From the NCBI GenBank assembly GCA_963575745.1, contig CAUYUJ010000272.1, forward strand, positions 62,001 through 116,027: DNA of 54,027 nucleotides, given 5' to 3'. Made by a program: the position numbers and the translations under genes. The notes beneath the pieces were generated by a model. It had not been told where the DNA came from. It saw only the letters and a list, made by a program, of their open reading frames with translations, and did no database searches. Below, in pieces: positions 48,711 to 54,027 of this stretch. The DNA is from Prorocentrum cordatum (lineage: Eukaryota). How positions within the stretch are numbered: the stretch's first letter is position 1; the number at the start of each line of letters is the position of its first letter.

Positions 48711-50279
48711 GCCGCCCGGGGGGGCCTTGGCATCGCTCGGACGTGTGCGTTTTTCGACTACTCGTAAGAGTGGCCCTTCGCCGGAGTGACCTTTGGTGCG
48801 GGCCCATTGGGGTCCCCGATCGCCGAACGCGAGGCGGCAGTGGCGTCTTGCGCGTTTGTGTTTGGCCCCCCCCCCGCGGCCCCCAAAAAGCGGCGCACCA
48901 AAGGTCACTCTTACCCAGGGTCACTCTTACCCAGGTTACGCGTAGCCGAGTTTTTTTCCCCGGCAGGGACCATAGAGGAACTTGTTGGGTCCTCTTGCGA
49001 AGCAGTGCACGCGCGACAAGCCGAAAAACCCACGGAGAAGGAGCGTCCGAGCGACGGCCAGGGCGGGAGGGGGAAGGGCGGTTTTGCAAGGGCGTAGTAG
49101 CTGTTCCTCCACCCCGCTGCCTTCTAAAAAGCGTGTCGCCCCCCCCCCTGACGTGTCGATAGGGCGGGCCGGGCGTTCCGCCCAAGACGTGCTCACCGTC
49201 TGTGATCCTGAAGTTTGAAAGCTGCAGCAGCTCCAAGGATATGGCGGAGCCTTGTCAAAATTGAGCTCTCGCTTCAGCGGCGCGCGCATTCGTTGTTTTT
49301 CCATGTGCAACAGTTTCAATGATGGACGGCGGTTGGTTTTCACTATGTCGTTCTCGCTTTAGCGCCACGCACAATCGTCTTAAAAGTTGTAGCAGCTTCA
49401 AAGATGAAGGGCGGTTGGTTTTCAAAGTGTAGCTAGGGGAACGAAAAGTGGCATGAACATAAAAACTCGGAGGTCCGCGCGGATTTCTAGGATCCGCGTT
49501 GGACCCCTCTCCATGGCGCGCGGAGCGCGCCAGGAGTGGCGCCGGAGGCGCCGCCAGGGGGCCCCAGCGCCGATCCGAGAAATCTGCGCGGACCTCCGAG
49601 CTATTTAATCGCTTCGCTCATTCCGCCGGCCCATAATGTCGCACCGTGGTCGCCTGTCCGAGTGGTCGTTTGCAGTGTGGAGCTGCGGCGTCGGGAGCTG
49701 TGTAGTTGTCGATAAATTTGTTCATGTTTTTTCATGGGGCTTCTAGGTGTTTGCAGTTTTTTGACGGCTTTGGTGCCATCGTGGGGGCGTGTTACCCGTG
49801 GTATCCCGCTGTGGGGCCGTTCGAGCCGGGGGAAGAGACATCTTATGCGATAGGGGAACCCTCGTGTCGGAGGGTGGCGGGCTTTGAATGCTAACATTGG
49901 CTCTGTTATCGTCCTGATGCCCTCTGGCGTTGCGGACACGGGTGTGAAGGAACACTTTCTTGTGGCGTTTCTCTTACCATCTCTTTTCTAATTGGACCGG
50001 AGGAGGAGGAGGAGGAGGAGGAAGAGGACGACGACGACAAGGAGGAGGAGGAGGAGGAGGAAGAGGAGGAGGAGGGAGGAGGAGGAGGAGGAGGAAGGAG
50101 GAGGGGGATGAGGAGCGATGAGGAGCGCCTTTGTCGTCGTCGTCGTCGCCGCCGCCGCCGCCCGCCGCCGCCGCCGCCCGCCGGCGTCGTCGTCGTCGTC
50201 GTGGAGGGTCGAGGCTCGAGGCTGGAGGCCGAACGCGGGGGAGGAGGACCACCCCGACCCGCGTTTCCCAAGTCGCGTC

Positions 50280-51520
50280 TGGCTGGAGTCTTGGAGGCGT
50301 CCTGGGGGCCTCCTGAGGGTTTTTTGGAGGCCTCCAGAGGGCCTTTTGGAGGCCTCTGCCTCTTGAGGGCCTCTTGGGGGCCTCTTGGGGTCTTTGGGGG
50401 CGTCTTGGGGCCTCCCGGGGGCCTCTAAGGGCCGAGAGCTCGAAATTCTGTTTCGTGAACCCCCTCTTGGGGCGTTCTTGAAGCGTTCTTAGGGGCCCTC
50501 TTGGGCCGTCTTGGAGGCCTCTTGGGCCGTCTTGGAGCCGTCCTGGGCCATCTTGGAGCCCTCTTGGGGGCCTCTTGGGCCCTCTTGGGGCGATCTTGGA
50601 GGCCTCTTGAGCCGTTTAGGGGCGTCGGGGAACCGAAAAGGTTGAAACGCCCAAATCTGTCCAAAACCTATGGAAAGCATTGTTTGTTTGCCTCTTGGGG
50701 CCCTCTTGGGAATGCACTTGGAGACCTCCTGGGGATCTTGGAGGCTTCTTGGGTCATTTTGGAGACGTCTTGGGCCGTCTGGAGGCCATCTTGGGCGTCG
50801 TGGAGCGATTTTCGGGCGTCTCGGACCTCTCTTGGATTGTGTTGGGGGCGTTCTTGGGGCCCTCTTGGGCCGTCCTGGAGGCCTCTGGGGCCGTCTTGGA
50901 GCCGTCTTGGGCCGTCTTGGGGCCCTCTTGGGGGCCTCTTGGGCCCTCTTGGGGCGATCTTGGAGGCCTCTTGACCGTTTAGGGGCGTCGGGGAACCGAA
51001 AAGGTTAAAACGCCCAAATATGTCCAAAACCAAGGGAAAAGCAGAGTTGTTTGCCTCTTGGGGCCCTCTTGGGAGTGCTCCTGGAGGCCTCGTGGGGCAT
51101 CTTGGAGGCTTCTTGGGCCATCTTGGAGACGTCTTGGGCCGTCCGGAGGCCCTCTTGGGCCGTCTTGGAGGCCTCTGGGGCCGTCTTGGAGCCGTCTTGG
51201 GCCGTCTTGGGGCACTTTTGAGGGCCTCTTGGGCCCTCTTGGGGCGATCTTGGAGGCCTCTTGAGCCGTTTAGGGGCGTCGGGGTGAAACGCCCAAATCT
51301 GTCCAAAACCTAAGAAAAAAGCATTGAGTTTTGCCTCTTGGGGCCCTCTTGGGAGTGCTCCTGGAGGCCTCTTGGGGCATCTTGGAGGCTTGTTGGGTCA
51401 TCTTGGAGACCTCTTGGGCCGTCTGGAGGCCATCTTGGGCGCCGTGGAGCGATCTTCGGGCGTCTCGGACCTCTCTTGGATTGTGTTGGGGGCCTCTTGG
51501 GGCCCTCTTGGGGCGATCCT
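50280..51520 (+). repeat. 'cctcttgggg/ccgtcttgga' decamer-based repeat family with 280-360-bp higher-order units (same family at about 4150-4590, 5150-7300 and 9050-12000)
   Basis: aaacgcccaaat.tgtccaaaacc recurs at about 50645, 51008 and 51288. Confidence 0.85.
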
Positions 51521-51964
51521 GGAGGATCTGGGGGAGTGTCCCGGGCGTGTCTCGGGCGTGTCCCGGGCTCCTCTCGGGGTATTTTTGATCCAGGGACCCC
51601 CAGGGGCCGCCCCGCGCGCGCGAACCAGAAATACTGTTTACCAGTTACCGGAGATCTTAGCACGGTTCTGGCCCGTTGGGCTGGCGAATTATGTTTATGT
51701 CATTGTTCGTTCCCCTAGTAGCTCTCGCCCTAGCGCCGCCCGCATTCGTTTGACAAGCTTGCATCTGTTCCAAGGATGCAGAGTTGGTCCTGTTCAAACT
51801 GTGGTTCTCGCTTCATCGCCAGCGCCGCGCACATCCGTTTTAAAAGCTTGCAGCAGCTTTCGCCGAGCGCATTCCACTACTCCCAAAGTGCCTACTCGCA
51901 AACGTCAGAAAAAAAAAAAACATACGCCTGCCTTTGTGTAATGATACCGGGGAAAGCCCAATCA

Positions 51965-52190
51965 TGGCTATAGGGCTAGGGGGCTATAGGGCGACTGAGC
52001 TATAGGGCTATAATAGAGCTACAGGGCTATAGAGTTGTAAGGCTATAGGGCTATTGGGCTATTGGGCTATAGGGCTTCGGGCACCCCCGGGCACCCCAGG
52101 GCACCCCCGGGCACCCGGGCACCAGAGCACCCCCGGGCACCCCCATGGGCACCCGGGCCCCAGGCACCCCCGGGCACCCGGGCACCCAGG
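51965..52190 (+). repeat. Adjacent (gggctata)n and (gggcaccc)n minisatellites
   Basis: Directly visible. Confidence 0.9.
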
Positions 52191-53867
52191 CGTGCAGCGA
52201 AAATCGGCGACAAACTTAACCTAACCATATGAATCTGCTAGGAGCCCCACAGAGGCAAGCTCTGATTGGGGAACGTGTCGGGCGGCGGATCCAGGCCATT
52301 TGCGAGTAGCTACTTTGCGAGTAGTAGAACGCGCTTGTCTAAGCTTCACGGATGCAATGCGGGTCCGTTGGAGAATGTGGCTCTCGCCTCAGCGTCACGC
52401 ACATCCGTGCAGCAGTTGTGAAGGATGCGTATGGTTGATGCCCCAAGAGCTGTGTCCTGGCACTCTACAGGGCTGTCAGGACGCAACGGTCACGTTGACT
52501 CGCGGTGTTGAAGTCCAAGGGCTTCTTTTCTGGTACAATTTCGGATTGCCAGGACACAACGGTCACGTTGATTCGCAGCGCTGAAGTTCCAGGACTGGTC
52601 TTCTGGCACGTTTGAGGATATTCATACGGTTGTCTTTCAATGGAGCATGTCCCGCAAGATGCAATTCTTGCACGGCCCTATGCAGAGGGAATGTGGAGAG
52701 AGGGTCTGTTGCAACATCGTTGACGCGTCTTGGGTTTAATCTGGTCCTCCTCCTCCGCCCTCCTCCTAGCCTCCCTCCCCGTTCCTCCATCCTTCCTCTT
52801 CCTCCTTCCCCTGATCATCAGCATCATCATCGTCATCATCATCACCAGCAGCAGCAACACATCAGCGTCATCATGGTCATCAACATCATCATCAGCATCA
52901 TCAGTCTCATCATCAGCATCATCAGATCGTCGTCGTCATCACTATCATCGTCATCCTTCATCCTGCATCCTGGATCCTCCTCATCCTCCTCCTCCTCCTC
53001 TCCCCTCATCCCTCCTTCCTCTCCTGCTGCACCTTCCTTCTCTTCCTCCTTCTCCTCCTTCTCCTACTCCTCGTCCTCCTCCTCCTCCCCCTCCTCCTCG
53101 TCCTCCCTCATCTTTTCTCCCCTGTCCTCCTCCCTCCCTCCTCCCTTCTCTCTCGTTCTCCTTCAGGTGCTGATCCTCCTTCTTCTACTACAATCAGTCC
53201 TCTCATCCTCCTGATCATCATTCTGCCTCCACATCATCCCTCCTCGTCCTCCCTCCCTGCTCCTCATCATCGTCAGCATCAGCATCATCATCATCATCAT
53301 CATCATCATCAGCATCATCATCATCATCATCAGCATCACCATTATCACTATTATCACAATCATCATCAGCAGCATCATCATCACCATTATCATTTCATCA
53401 GCATTGTAATTCCCTCGTTATCCCTCCTCCTCCTCCTCCTTCCCCTCCTCATCATCCTCCGCCCTCTGCATTTGTCTTGTCCTGCTTCAGCTCATCCTTC
53501 CTCCGTGCATCTCATCCTCACCATCTTCCATCCTTCCCTGCGTCCCTCCCTCCCCCCTTGGAAACCTTCGAAGATGTCCGAGAACTAATCAGAATTGCAT
53601 CGCATCAGTCCTCCCCTCTTCCCCCTCTTCCTCAAAATGATCCCTTTTCTTCCTCACCATCATCATCGCCAGCAACAGCATCATCATCCTTATCAGTATC
53701 CCGATTCTCGGTATCACCCTCCTCCTCCCCCTCCACCCTCGCCCCTTACCCCTCTTCACCCTCCCCCCTTTTCGCTCGCCATCCCCCCATCGATCTTCCC
53801 GCCCATTTCACCCCCATCGACGACCACCGCGGCCGCCACCGCCGGAGACGACGCCGCCGCCGCCGAG

Positions 53868-53918
53868 GTCGAGCAGACCATCTCGGACCGCAACATGGCG
53901 GCCATGGCGGCCCGCGAG
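53868..53918 (+). CDS. SNF2/Rad5-like helicase exon E (3' end uncertain)
   Basis: GAG|G acceptor. Reads VEQTISDRNMAAMAARE, completing the conserved 'GTVE..I'. Possible GC donor at 53919. Confidence 0.7.
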
Positions 53919-54027
53919 GCAGCTGGTCACCGGGCGTCCGCGCCGGCCGCGACACGGGCGCGGCAAGGGCGCTGCAAAGGCCGCGGCAGAGGCGCCTCCT
54001 CCCCCTCCTCCTCCTCCTCCTCCTCCT

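Overview
Eukaryotic, GC-rich, repeat-saturated DNA, most consistent with a core dinoflagellate. That assignment is inferred from GC/GT donors, AG|G acceptors, repeated intron-boundary sequences and spliced-leader relics. Most ORF-track entries are artefacts of (CCT)n/(GGA)n/(CTA)n microsatellites and satellites. Real content: (1) five tiny + strand exons spread over about 26 kb (28191-53918) that splice into the C-terminal HELICc lobe of a SNF2/Rad5-type helicase; one intron has no canonical splice ends and is bounded by inverted repeats plus a CCCA direct repeat (introner-like). (2) Two divergent non-LTR retrotransposons (ORF1 + APE-RT-RNase H), one on + (20633 to the N gap) and one apparently full length on - (42285-48405) inside the 18-kb intron. 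Both sit in (CCT)n, and both have an ATG-less ORF2 in the +1 frame behind a shifty-stop-like ORF1 terminator. The full-length copy starts with tandem spliced-leader relics. (3) A 7-kb foldback, several satellites, MITE-like hairpins and degraded ORFs, one with an RRM. No rRNA, tRNA or CRISPR is supported.
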